From: Planctomycetota bacterium
GTDB taxonomy: Bacteria > Planctomycetota > UBA11346
Direction: 5' to 3'
Length of the DNA stretch: 57,203 nucleotides
Assembly: GCA_031426335.1 (NCBI GenBank)
Contig: JANPLC010000169.1
Coordinates: forward strand, 1-57,203
The position numbers and the translations under genes are program-made. Below are positions 10,005 to 18,275 of this stretch, in pieces. A model generated the notes under the pieces. It made no database searches. It saw nothing but the letters and a program-made list of their open reading frames with translations, and was not told where the DNA came from. Numbering within the stretch: position 1 is the stretch's first letter; each line of letters starts with the position of its first letter.

Positions 10005-11117
10005 TCAGGTCGCGGCATTGGCGGCGGATTCCGGAACCTGCGTACGGGGGTAGATCTGGAAGTCGACGAAACCGAAATAAACCGCGTCACCGGTCTTGAA
10101 CTCCAGTTCCTGTTGGCGTGAACGCGCGATGTGGGCTTCGATGCGCTCGTGTTTGTCCTCGCCCTTTTCGCCACGAACGTCGCGGCGTTCGAGCTCGATG
10201 CGTACCAACGGGCCGACCGCGTTGATCGCGGTAATCACCGCCGGCGAATGGCAGACCGCGTTCTGCACGCGGCTGACCTCGACGTCATGCGGACGCACGT
10301 AGGCGACCGCCTGCTCGCCATGGTTCCATTCGCCGATCGGCAGCGAGACGCCGGCGAGCTTCGCTTGGCCTTCATCTACACGACCGTGGAAGATGTTCAC
10401 TAGGCCAAGGAAGTGGTGCACGAAGGGCGTCAGCGGACGGTGGTAGACCTCCTCCGGTGAACCTTCCTGCTCGACTTTGCCTTGATTGATCACCACCACG
10501 CGGTCGCTGACTTCGAGAGCTTCCTCCTGGTCATGCGTGACGAACACGCTGGTGATGCCGGTATCATCGTGCAGGCGGCGCAACCAACGACGCAGTTCCG
10601 CGCGCACCTTTGCATCGAGCGCACCGAAAGGTTCGTCGAGCAGCAGGACTTGCGGCTCCACCGCGAGAGCACGCGCAAGCGCGATGCGCTGACGTTGACC
10701 ACCGGAGAGCTGATGCGGATAACGTCCGGCGCACCATTCGAGCTGCACCATCTTCAGCAGTTTTTCGACGCGTTCACGGATCTCCGTCTTCGAAGGACGA
10801 TCGGCCGCCGGGCGCACGGTCAGACCGAAAGCGATGTTCTCGAAGATGGTCATGTGGCGGAATAACGCGTAGTGCTGGAAGACGAAACCGACCTTGCGCT
10901 TGGCCACATTGGTCGCGGTCTGGTCCTTGCCGTGAAACAACACCGAGCCGCTGTCGGGTTGTTCTAGACCAGCGATGATGCGCAGTAGCGTAGTTTTTCC
11001 CGAGCCGGATGGTCCCAGCAGACCGACGAGCTGCCCGTTGGGAATCTCAAGGCTGACATTGTCCAGCGCGGTGAAATTCTTGAAGCGTTTGGAAACGTTC
11101 TGAATGACGATGCTCAT
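10005..11117 (-). CDS. cysA: Sulfate/thiosulfate ABC transporter ATP-binding subunit
   Basis: [43 protein letters not shown] and a TOBE-like C-terminus. Start MSIVIQ at 11117; the longer ORF-track start runs through a repeat. Confidence 0.95.
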   Translation of the reverse strand: MSIVIQNVSKRFKNFTALDNVSLEIPNGQLVGLLGPSGSGKTTLLRIIAGLEQPDSGSVLFHGKDQTATNVAKRKVGFVFQHYALFRHMTIFENIAFGLTVRPAADRPSKTEIRERVEKLLKMVQLEWCAGRYPHQLSGGQRQRIALARALAVEPQVLLLDEPFGALDAKVRAELRRWLRRLHDDTGITSVFVTHDQEEALEVSDRVVVINQGKVEQEGSPEEVYHRPLTPFVHHFLGLVNIFHGRVDEGQAKLAGVSLPIGEWNHGEQAVAYVRPHDVEVSRVQNAVCHSPAVITAINAVGPLVRIELERRDVRGEKGEDKHERIEAHIARSRQQELEFKTGDAVYFGFVDFQIYPRTQVPESAANAAT

Positions 11118-11178
11118 GGGCTGTCCTGGTGGAGTCGCTGGATGGCAGATGGGGCGGATCGCTGGTTTGTGGAACGGT

Positions 11179-11308
11179 AACCGGAGAGACGCAGAGGCAC
11201 GAAGAGGGCCGCAGAGAAGAAAGATGATAAATTGGGATCGGCACACGCTGGTCGAGCAAGCCTGATCAACCTCTGCGGCCCTCCTCCCACCTCTGCGTCT
11301 CTGCGGTT
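11179..11308. repeat. REP-like long inverted repeat, family A, copy 1 (cysW-cysA spacer)
   Basis: aaccggagagacgcagag...gagggccgcagag (11179-11216) pairs with ctctgcggccctc...ctctgcgtctctgcggtt (11271-11308). A near-identical element lies at 35796-35899. Confidence 0.8.
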
Positions 11309-11325
11309 GGTTGTCATGGTCTTCG

Positions 11326-12189
11326 TCATTCCTTGCTCGTGCTCTGCGCGGCGCGCTCCATGGTCTGTTGGATGCGCCATTCGACGATGCTCTTGGCCAC
11401 CAGCGTCACGAGGGCGAGCAGAGTGAGGACCGACGCGCAAGCGAAGGCGGCGACGAACTGGTATTCGTTGTAGGCGATTTCGATGTGGAGCGGCAGGGTG
11501 TTGGTCTGGCCACGGATGTGCCCGCTGACCACCGACACAGCGCCGAACTCGCCCATGGCGCGGGCGCTGCACAGGATCACGCCGTAGAGCAGGCCCCATT
11601 TCACGTTCGGCAGGGTGACGTGCCAGAAGGTCTTCCAACCGCTGGCGCCAAGCACGCGAGCAGCTTCTTCCTCTTCCGTGCCTTGCGACTGCATGATCGG
11701 GATCAGCTCGCGGGCGACGAAGGGAAAGGTGATGAACATCGTCGCGAGGACGATGCCGGGAACGTTGAAGATGATTGCCGGCAGGTTGTTGTCCGACATC
11801 CATTCACCGAGCAGGCCCTGCATGCCGAACAGCAGGACGAAGATCAGACCGGAAATCACCGGCGACACCGCGAACGGCAGGTCGATCAGGGTGAGCACGA
11901 TGCTCTTGCCCCAGAAGTCGAACTTGGTCAGCGCCCACGCGGCAAGCAGGCCGAAGATGCTATTCGCTACCACGGCAATGACGGTGACGATCAACGTCAG
12001 CTTGATCGCATGCCAGGCATCAGCGTTGTTGAACGATTCGAAGTAGGCACCGAGGCCTTTCGCGAACGCCTCGACGAACACCGCCACCAGCGGCAGCACC
12101 AGGAACAACGCCAAGAATGCCAAGGCGATGGAGGTCAACGTCCAGCGCACCCACGTCGGCTCGGTCATGGAACGGGAGGGCGAACTCAT
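11326..12189 (-). CDS. cysW: Sulfate ABC transporter permease CysW
   Basis: [27 protein letters not shown]...[18 protein letters not shown]. Confidence 0.95.
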   Translation of the reverse strand: MSSPSRSMTEPTWVRWTLTSIALAFLALFLVLPLVAVFVEAFAKGLGAYFESFNNADAWHAIKLTLIVTVIAVVANSIFGLLAAWALTKFDFWGKSIVLTLIDLPFAVSPVISGLIFVLLFGMQGLLGEWMSDNNLPAIIFNVPGIVLATMFITFPFVARELIPIMQSQGTEEEEAARVLGASGWKTFWHVTLPNVKWGLLYGVILCSARAMGEFGAVSVVSGHIRGQTNTLPLHIEIAYNEYQFVAAFACASVLTLLALVTLVAKSIVEWRIQQTMERAAQSTSKE

Positions 12190-12244
12190 GGCAGATTCCC
12201 GTCGCTGATGGAGCGATAGATGGAGAGGGAGATGAGGAGGTTGT

Positions 12245-13153
12245 TCACAGCTCGGCCCTCTGCGAGGTCCAGCGTTGCAGCAGGTTGATCAGCAGCAGCA
12301 GCGCGAAGGACGCCACCAGCATGACCACGGCGATGGCGGTGGCCTCGGCGTACTGGTACTGCTCCAGCTTGGTGATGATCAGCAGCGGCGTGATCTCGGT
12401 CTTCATCGGGATGTTGCCGGAGATGAACACCACCGAGCCGTATTCACCCACCGCACGGGCGAAGGCGAGCGCGAAACCCGTGAGCAGTGCGGGCATCAGC
12501 TCAGGCAGGATGATGCGGGTGAAGATCTGCCAGCGTGTGGCGCCCAGACTCGACGCGGCCTCCTCCACCTCCTTGCCCAGGTCCTCCAGCACCGGTTGCA
12601 CCGTGCGCACGACAAACGGCAGGCCGATGAAGATCAGCGCGATGGTCACGCCGAGTGGCGTGTAGGCGAGTTTGATGCCCCCCTCTGGCGACACCGGCGT
12701 GTAGAGGTGCGTCGCCGCCCAGCCGGTGCCTGGGAAGAACTGCCCAATGAATCCCGTGTGATTGAACTGCGAGCCGATCCAACCGTTGGGCGCGTAGAGC
12801 GCACAGAGCGCGATGCCCGCCACCGCGGTTGGCAAAGCGAAGGGCAGATCGACCAGAGCGTCGACGATGCGACGTCCGGGGAAACGGTAGCGCACCAGTA
12901 CCCAAGCGACCAGCAGGCCGAAAACCACGTTCACCAGCGCGGCGACAAACGAGGCACCAAAGCTGAGTTTGTACGACGCCACCACCTGCGGGCTCGACAC
13001 CGCTTTCCAGAAGGTCGCCCAGTCGAGTTCCAGAGTTTTGATCACCAGCGCTGAAAGCGGGATCAGCACCAACAGACTGAGGTAGGTGAGCGTGAGTCCG
13101 AGGGTGAGCCCGAAACCGGGTATGACCGAACGTTGAGCAGCAAGGGTGCGCAT
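12245..13153 (-). CDS. cysT: Sulfate ABC transporter permease CysT/CysU
   Basis: [53 protein letters not shown]. Confidence 0.95.
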   Translation of the reverse strand: MRTLAAQRSVIPGFGLTLGLTLTYLSLLVLIPLSALVIKTLELDWATFWKAVSSPQVVASYKLSFGASFVAALVNVVFGLLVAWVLVRYRFPGRRIVDALVDLPFALPTAVAGIALCALYAPNGWIGSQFNHTGFIGQFFPGTGWAATHLYTPVSPEGGIKLAYTPLGVTIALIFIGLPFVVRTVQPVLEDLGKEVEEAASSLGATRWQIFTRIILPELMPALLTGFALAFARAVGEYGSVVFISGNIPMKTEITPLLIITKLEQYQYAEATAIAVVMLVASFALLLLINLLQRWTSQRAEL

Positions 13154-13168
13154 GGGTTCCTTTGATGA

Positions 13169-13275
13169 GTCCGGAGGTCCGGAAGTCCGGAAGTCCGGAA
13201 GTCTTTTAGTCGGAAGTCACCGCGGCGATCGACGCACACGGGACTTCCGGACCTCCGGACCTCCGGACCCCGGAC
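13169..13275. repeat. Octamer tandem array (GTCCGGAR)x4 with an inverted array, forming a long hairpin in the sbp-cysT spacer
   Basis: 13169-13203 gtccggag gtccggaa gtccggaa gtccggaa gtc; 13242-13275 gac ttccggac ctccggac ctccggac cccggac. Confidence 0.85.
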
Positions 13276-13287
13276 AGGGGCAATCGG

Positions 13288-14292
13288 TTATTTCGGCTGA
13301 TAAATCTGATCGAACGTGCCGCCATCTTCGAAGTGGGTCTTCTGGGCCTTCTGCCAGCCGCCGAACACCTCATCGATGGTGATCAGGTCGAGCTTGGGGA
13401 ACTGCTTCTCGAACTTGGCGGCAACCGCTGCCAGACGCGGACGGTAGTAGTGCTTAGCCGCGATCTCTTGGCCCTGCTCGGTGTAGAGGAACTCCAGGTA
13501 GGCCTTGGCCACCTCGGTGGTGCCTTTTTTGGCCGCGACTTTCTCCACCAGCGCCACGGTCGGCTCGGCGAGGATGGAGAGCGACGGCACGATGATTTCG
13601 AACTGGCCCTGGCCAACATCATTGGTTACCAGGAAGGCCTCGTTTTCCCACGAGATGAACACATCGCCGATACCACGCTGGATAAAGGTGGTGGTCGAGC
13701 CACGCGCACCCGAGTCGAGCACGGGGACGTTCTTGAAGATGTCGGCGACGAACTGTTTGGCCTTGGCCTCATCGTTGCCGTTGTTCTTCAGCGCGTAGCC
13801 CCACGCCGCCAAATAATTCCAGCGCGCGCCACCAGAGGTCTTGGGATTGGGCGTGATCACGCCGATGCCAGGCTTGGCCAGGTCGTTCCAGTCCTTGATA
13901 CCCTTCGGGTTTCCTTTGCGCACCAGGAAGACGATGGTCGAGGTGTACGGTGCGCTGTTGTTGGGCAGCTTGCTCTGCCAGTCCTTGGGCAGGACCTTGG
14001 CCTTCTCGGCGATGGCATCGATGTCGTAGGCGAGCGCGAGCGTCACCACGTCGGCTTGCAGGCCGTCGATCACCGCGCGTGCCTGTTTGGCCGCACCGCC
14101 ATGTGATTGGCTGACGCTGACCTGCTGGCCAGTCTTGGTTTTCCAAAAGGCGGCGAAGACCTCATTGAAGTCTTTGTAGAGCTCGCGCGTCGGATCGTAC
14201 GACACGTTGAGCAAGGTGATGGGATCGGCGGCGACGGTGGTGCCGACGGTCAGGGCGGCGAGCGCCAACAGAGAGAGCAGTGGATTTTTCAT
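13288..14292 (-). CDS. sbp: Periplasmic sulfate-binding protein
   Basis: [65 protein letters not shown]; signal peptide. Confidence 0.96.
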   Translation of the reverse strand: MKNPLLSLLALAALTVGTTVAADPITLLNVSYDPTRELYKDFNEVFAAFWKTKTGQQVSVSQSHGGAAKQARAVIDGLQADVVTLALAYDIDAIAEKAKVLPKDWQSKLPNNSAPYTSTIVFLVRKGNPKGIKDWNDLAKPGIGVITPNPKTSGGARWNYLAAWGYALKNNGNDEAKAKQFVADIFKNVPVLDSGARGSTTTFIQRGIGDVFISWENEAFLVTNDVGQGQFEIIVPSLSILAEPTVALVEKVAAKKGTTEVAKAYLEFLYTEQGQEIAAKHYYRPRLAAVAAKFEKQFPKLDLITIDEVFGGWQKAQKTHFEDGGTFDQIYQPK

Positions 14293-14330
14293 GGGAGTGG
14301 TCCTTGAGGTGCTGGTTGGTGGATGAGTGG

Positions 14331-14513
14331 TCAGGGCTGGCGGGAATCTGGTCGCAGCTTCTCGGTGCGTTCGATCTGCACGATGCGGGCATCGTGGATC
14401 TGCACGGTGATCTGGCCGAAGCGGACGGAGCGCAGCTGTCGGAGAAGTTCCGCTTCGCTCAGTGACAACGTGGAGCGTGCTGCAGCTGGTTCCGTGTAGG
14501 TGCTGGTGGTCAT
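14331..14513 (-). CDS. Small DUF2292/YezD (OscA-like) protein, copy 1
   Basis: [26 protein letters not shown] matches the DUF2292 pattern; AAGGAG RBS; directly upstream of sbp. Confidence 0.85.
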   Translation of the reverse strand: MTTSTYTEPAAARSTLSLSEAELLRQLRSVRFGQITVQIHDARIVQIERTEKLRPDSRQP

Positions 14514-14523
14514 GGTGTGCTCC

Positions 14524-14895
14524 TTAGGCCGCCGTCAGGTCGGCGACGGGCGATTCGTCTCTTACAGTGACCACGGAGCCGACGCCGTGCAGCCAGGCGG
14601 AGGGGATCCAGCCCTGGCGGCCGCGTTCGGCACCGTCGATGACCCGCACGTGAACCGCGGTGAGTGCGTGGTCGATGACCTCGACTCGATCGAACGGCGA
14701 AACCGGCACGATCTCGCGGGTGAGGATTAGGTCGATCAGGCGCTCGAACTCATCACTGGCGTGGGCCGCTGCGACCTCGTCGAGGTGATCGAGGTCGGTG
14801 GCAATCGGTGCCTGCGAGAAGTGCGGCGACTGGATGGTATAGACTTGGGTGGTGGTTGAGGGGTGGGGTTGAGGAATATTTTTTCGGGTGTTCAT
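14524..14895 (-). CDS. Hypothetical 123-aa protein with a possible SH3-like C-terminal half
   Basis: Same strand as the operon; its stop abuts the RBS of the DUF2292 gene; VEVID...VHVRV.DG..RGRQGWIP pattern; no internal Met or Cys. Confidence 0.6.
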   Translation of the reverse strand: MNTRKNIPQPHPSTTTQVYTIQSPHFSQAPIATDLDHLDEVAAAHASDEFERLIDLILTREIVPVSPFDRVEVIDHALTAVHVRVIDGAERGRQGWIPSAWLHGVGSVVTVRDESPVADLTAA

Positions 14896-15022
14896 GGCAG
14901 ACTCGTGCGTGAAAGAGGTATGGAGATTCCCTGTCGTCGAGCGGCGCTCGGCGTGGCGGTGATCTCCGGATGGTGGGGAAGCTGACTACGATCGCGACCA
15001 ACTGGTCAGCGAGCGAGACGGT

Positions 15023-15094
15023 TCAGCGTCGACAACAATCCCGCATTCGGTCCCGGTTCTGAGACGTGGCGTGTCGTTTCACAAAGTCGGGCAT
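15023..15094 (-). CDS. Candidate 23-aa leader peptide MPDFVKRHATSQNRDRMRDCCRR
   Basis: AGGAGG (15100-15105) lies 5 nt upstream of the ATG; tandem TGT-TGT Cys codons near the end; sits in the presumed leader of the sulfate uptake genes. Confidence 0.45.
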   Translation of the reverse strand: MPDFVKRHATSQNRDRMRDCCRR

Positions 15095-15107
15095 GCTGCC
15101 CTCCTGT

Positions 15108-15330
15108 GGATCCGCCTGATGGCGGATCGCGGTAAGCGATCGTACTCCCTTACGGGTGCGAGATCGCGGTTCCGGCCAGGTTGGGCTTGGTGGGCAGCGC
15201 AACCCACGGTGAAAACCGTGCTGTTGGACTGCCCGCCCACCTTTAGTCCGAGAAATTTTTAACGCGCCCCCGGCAAGTAGCGGCCTAAATCCGGCGCGGT
15301 CAGCGGTACTGCAGTGCAGTGCCCGCTGAC
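15108..15330. ncRNA. Candidate structured RNA/ssDNA element: about seven adjacent hairpins with a possible loop-loop pairing
   Basis: Hairpins at 15109-15128, 15136-15167, 15179-15204, 15205-15220, 15224-15251, 15263-15298 and 15299-15330. Loop GGTGGGC (15189-15195) is complementary to loop GCCCACC (15235-15241). No known family recognised. Confidence 0.4.
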
Positions 15331-15338
15331 GAGAGTAG

Positions 15339-15373
15339 TCAATACACATCAATCCCCCATCAGTCAAATAGGA
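15339..15373 (-). promoter_or_regulatory. Putative sigma70 promoter (TTGACT-17-TATTGA) overlapped by a candidate Rrf2 operator
   Basis: Minus strand TCCTATTTGACTGATGGG (15356-15373) is 17/18 identical to the site at 17180-17197. Confidence 0.6.
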
Positions 15374-15410
15374 GTTTGTCGGCGTCGTGGAAGGTTGCTG
15401 CCAACAGTGA

Positions 15411-16835
15411 TCAGAACACCAGCTGCAGACGCGAGCGGATGACCTGCTCATCCTCCTTGTCCACCGGATTGGCGTTGGAGCCGCCGCCACCCGCTTCGAA
15501 GGTGGTGTGGTCGTAGTTGAGCGCGATGCGCACGTTGCGGTTGAGCCACCAGTTGAGTCCGACACCCAGATTGAGCGCGCTCTCCGCCGAGGTCGCACGC
15601 GACGACAGGCCGTTGTCGAAAATGTCCTGATCTACCGTCAATTCGCTCACGCGCAGGACCACCTGCAGCGCTCCCCATCCGGTCGCTCCAACACCACCAC
15701 CTGCTGGCGAAACCCCACGGAAGCTGGCGTTTTCACCCGTGAGCACATAGCCCGATTCGAGCTGCCATGCGGTGTTGGTGACCTTGCGAGGATCGCTCAG
15801 GTTGACGTTGGTGGCAAAAGTAGCCGTACGCACCTCCTGGCTGGAGCTGACGTATTCGGCCAGCACGTCCCACGCGCCCCACGTGTAGTAGAGCTGCGGC
15901 GAGAAGCGCGCCCGTTCGCCCGCCGCGATGGCCGTTCCTGCATAACCGAAAAACTGCGTGCCGCCTGGCGACACAAAGGTCGGTAAGCTGCTGGCCGTGA
16001 TGGCGGTGTTGGTGGCGTTGCGCACCGGATCATCCTGACCATAGGAACCCGCGATTCCGATGTTCAATCCTTCGAGGGCTTCAATGCCGCTGTCCTTGAA
16101 CGGAGTCGCATAGAGCCGGGCGATCCCTTCTTTGTCGTCGGAACTGTCGGTATCGCGATCAGTGCGATCCGTCGGCCCGTTGAAGATGCCCAGCTGATAC
16201 GCCAGACGACTGGAGAATACTTCACCCAGCACCTGCACACCGGCATCGCGTCCGGGCGCCAACTGCGTCGGAAAACCGCGCTCGATGAAGGCGGTGACCG
16301 GATCGCTCTGGAGGTATTCCAGGCCAAACGGCGTCTTGAAGCGACCCGCCTGGATCTTGAATTCGGGGATGATGTTGGCGGTTACGTTGGCATCGAGCAC
16401 CGTGCCGGTTCCACCACCGGCGAAGTCGAGCACCAGGTTGTAGTCGAAATACTTGGCAACGGTGCCTTGCAGGTACGGCCGTATGCGCCGGACGAAGAAG
16501 GTGTTGTTCTTGGGAACGTCATCATCACCGAGGAAGTAGACGCCTTCGAGCTGAGCCGAACCACCGAACTTGAGCTTGTAGGCACCATCCGCCGACGAGA
16601 GCGAGAAACCATCCTTCGCGTTGGCCGTGAACTTCGGTGCGTCCTTGGCAGTAACGGCTTTGGCCGCCGCTTCTTCAGCAGCGATCTCGCCTTTGCGTTT
16701 GAGGATCTTCACTTCCTGATCGAGCGCCTGGAGTCGCTGCTCAAGGGTTGGAACCTCGTCGGCGGCATGGATGGAGGAGACGCCGACCGCGAGGGTAGCG
16801 ATGGTGAACAAAGTCGGCGAACGGAAACGAAGCAT
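15411..16835 (-). CDS. OprO/OprP-family anion-selective porin, probably for sulfate
   Basis: Signal peptide, N-terminal coiled segment, FFVRRIRP, GRFKTPFGLE, PGRDAG, GYVLTGE, GLNWWLN and a terminal Phe; embedded in the sulfate uptake cluster. Confidence 0.85.
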   Translation of the reverse strand: MLRFRSPTLFTIATLAVGVSSIHAADEVPTLEQRLQALDQEVKILKRKGEIAAEEAAAKAVTAKDAPKFTANAKDGFSLSSADGAYKLKFGGSAQLEGVYFLGDDDVPKNNTFFVRRIRPYLQGTVAKYFDYNLVLDFAGGGTGTVLDANVTANIIPEFKIQAGRFKTPFGLEYLQSDPVTAFIERGFPTQLAPGRDAGVQVLGEVFSSRLAYQLGIFNGPTDRTDRDTDSSDDKEGIARLYATPFKDSGIEALEGLNIGIAGSYGQDDPVRNATNTAITASSLPTFVSPGGTQFFGYAGTAIAAGERARFSPQLYYTWGAWDVLAEYVSSSQEVRTATFATNVNLSDPRKVTNTAWQLESGYVLTGENASFRGVSPAGGGVGATGWGALQVVLRVSELTVDQDIFDNGLSSRATSAESALNLGVGLNWWLNRNVRIALNYDHTTFEAGGGGSNANPVDKEDEQVIRSRLQLVF

Positions 16836-16859
16836 GGGGATGACCTCATGGCTTGGCTT

Positions 16860-16920
16860 CCGGTGGTCCGGTCAGCGGCGGCGTAAACTTTTTTTGGTAG
16901 TCCGCCGGTGGTCCGGTCAG
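16860..16920 (-). repeat. Exact 16-bp direct repeat CTGACCGGACCACCGG (x2) between DUF2292 copy 2 and the porin
   Basis: Plus strand ccggtggtccggtcag at 16860-16875 and 16905-16920. Confidence 0.85.
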
Positions 16921-16944
16921 ACGCGTCAGATGACGCGGAAAAAT

Positions 16945-17139
16945 CTAGGGGCTGCGCGTTGGCTCGCGGGTATCAGTGCGATAGCGCTCGGTGCGCTCGA
17001 TCTGGACTAGGCGACCGTCATGCACCTGCACCACCACTTGGCCAAAACGAACTCCGCGCAGGAGGCGGAGGAGCTCCACCTCTTGCGTGGAGGGCTGAGA
17101 GTTGGGCGGAAGTGGTGCGGCTGGCGTGGGGTCTGGCAT
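16945..17139 (-). CDS. Small DUF2292/YezD (OscA-like) protein, copy 2
   Basis: LRGVRFGQVVVQVHDGRLVQIERTER; paralogous to 14331-14513. Start 17139 chosen because the upstream starts fall inside the putative promoter. Confidence 0.82.
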   Translation of the reverse strand: MPDPTPAAPLPPNSQPSTQEVELLRLLRGVRFGQVVVQVHDGRLVQIERTERYRTDTREPTRSP

Positions 17140-17163
17140 GGGTGGTGGCGCGTGAGGATCGCA

Positions 17164-17198
17164 TGAATACATCCTTACTCCCATCTGTCAAATAGGAT
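17164..17198 (-). promoter_or_regulatory. Putative sigma70 promoter (TTGACA-16-TATTCA) overlapped by a candidate Rrf2 operator TCCTAT-N7-ATGGGA
   Basis: Perfect TTGACA at 17186-17191; quasi-palindrome shared with 15356-15373 and 18192-18210. Confidence 0.62.
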
Positions 17199-17308
17199 TT
17201 AAACGGCGGGTAAAATCAGCACATCGAACGTGGTCCGGACTAGAGTCCTTGCGAGTTCACAGTTTGACTTGGCGAGTTACGTTTTCCGCCGATCACGGTA
17301 GCAGCGAG

Positions 17309-17711
17309 TGCGGGTCCAGGGCCGGCGAGGCCTTGGCGGGTGTAGCGGGCATCCCTTCGCTTCGGCTCCTGCCTTCGCTACGGGCGGCGGATGCCACCGG
17401 CATCCGGCTGCGCCGCGCTCCTGCGCTGCTCGCCCCGCGAACAACAATCCCCCGAGTGCGCCTGCGCGCGCGATGGGCGAAGGCCGGCCAGCGAAGCTGG
17501 CAGCAGGCGGAGCCTGCGGTAGGCCGAAGCGCGAGCGCAGCCCCGCAGCGCCGAAGGCGCGAGGAGCAAGCGAGATGGAGACCGGCTTGATCCCGCGAGC
17601 GGGATGCCCTGGCGCGGCCGGGGTCGCAACAGACTGATCACCGCGAAGCGGTGACATGCGCAGCATGCGAGCCGCGCAGCGGCGAAGTCGGGCTGGGGCC
17701 AAGCCCCGCTA
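17309..17711. repeat. Composite REP/MITE-like element, family B, copy 1 (immediately 3' of the Rrf2 gene)
   Basis: Shares with 40032-40257 an exact 36-bp block (17434-17469 = 40079-40114), tgcgggtccaggg...tggcggg.gtagcgggca, ccagcgaagctggc and terminal gtcgggctgggg. Confidence 0.75.
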
Positions 17712-18146
17712 GGACTTGCGGGTTCCGGATGTTTTGACGCGGACAGCATCGGCCAGCGTCATCGAGGACATGCTCTCGATCGCGGCGTCGTGCACGGTCT
17801 TGAATAGACGACGAGTGCCACAGGTCTTCTCATCGTCGCAATCATCGCAGCGCTGATAAGCCGTGTGGCTCAGGCACGGCAAGGGTGCCACCGGCCCGTC
17901 GATGACGCGCACCACCATCAACAAAGTGATCTCTTCCGGTTCCTTCACCATTTCATGGCCGCCGCCCTTACCGACCTTGCTGCGGATGATGCCATGATTG
18001 CGCAGCTGGAGCAGGATCAGCTCCAAGAACTTCAGTGGGATGTGCTCAGCTTCCGCAATGACACTAGCGCCAACCGGGCCTTCCCCGCGTTTGCGGGCGA
18101 GGTGCAGGAGAGCTTTGATCGCGTACTTGGCGCGGTTGGTGAGCAT
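17709..18146 (-). CDS. Rrf2-family transcriptional regulator (CymR/IscR-like) with four Cys
   Basis: KYAIKALLHLA, IPLKFLELIL, GKGGG and VIDGPVAP motifs; C-x8-C-x2-C-x5-C. Confidence 0.93.
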   Translation of the reverse strand: MLTNRAKYAIKALLHLARKRGEGPVGASVIAEAEHIPLKFLELILLQLRNHGIIRSKVGKGGGHEMVKEPEEITLLMVVRVIDGPVAPLPCLSHTAYQRCDDCDDEKTCGTRRLFKTVHDAAIESMSSMTLADAVRVKTSGTRKS

Positions 18147-18191
18147 GGGACCGTTCGGGCTGGCGTCCCCCGGGGCGGCGACGCGATTGAA

Positions 18192-18210
18192 GCCTACTTC
18201 CTTGATGGGA
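18192..18210. promoter_or_regulatory. Candidate Rrf2 autoregulatory operator GCCTAC-N7-ATGGGA in the divergent Rrf2/ECF spacer
   Basis: Matches the TCCTAT-N7-ATGGG(A/G) pattern of the two sulfate-gene sites; flanked by attga...tcaat. Confidence 0.5.
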
Positions 18211-18275
18211 AAGCGTCAATCAGAGCGGGCGTCCTGGGGTTGAACCCTCGCCCGTATCCGCAGGGTGGAGCGCAC

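Noticed and set aside
11118-11246. N-terminal extensions given by the ORF track for cysA (and for the permease at 35767-35955)
   Set aside because: The extensions translate the family A hairpin repeat; family homology starts at the later Met.
15190-15245. Partial resemblance to a cobalamin riboswitch (CGGTGAAAACCG...CTGCCC)
   Set aside because: No GGGAA or GCCACTG B12-box elements, and no plus-strand gene downstream.
15023-15598. 191-aa ORF overlapping the porin 3' end
   Set aside because: Out-of-frame overlap that runs through the promoter and hairpin region; only the last 23 codons have their own RBS.
17249-17749. Several 110-140-aa ORFs in the DUF2292-Rrf2 spacer
   Set aside because: They lie in a GC-rich repeat also found at 40032-40257 and have Ala/Arg/Pro-rich non-protein composition.
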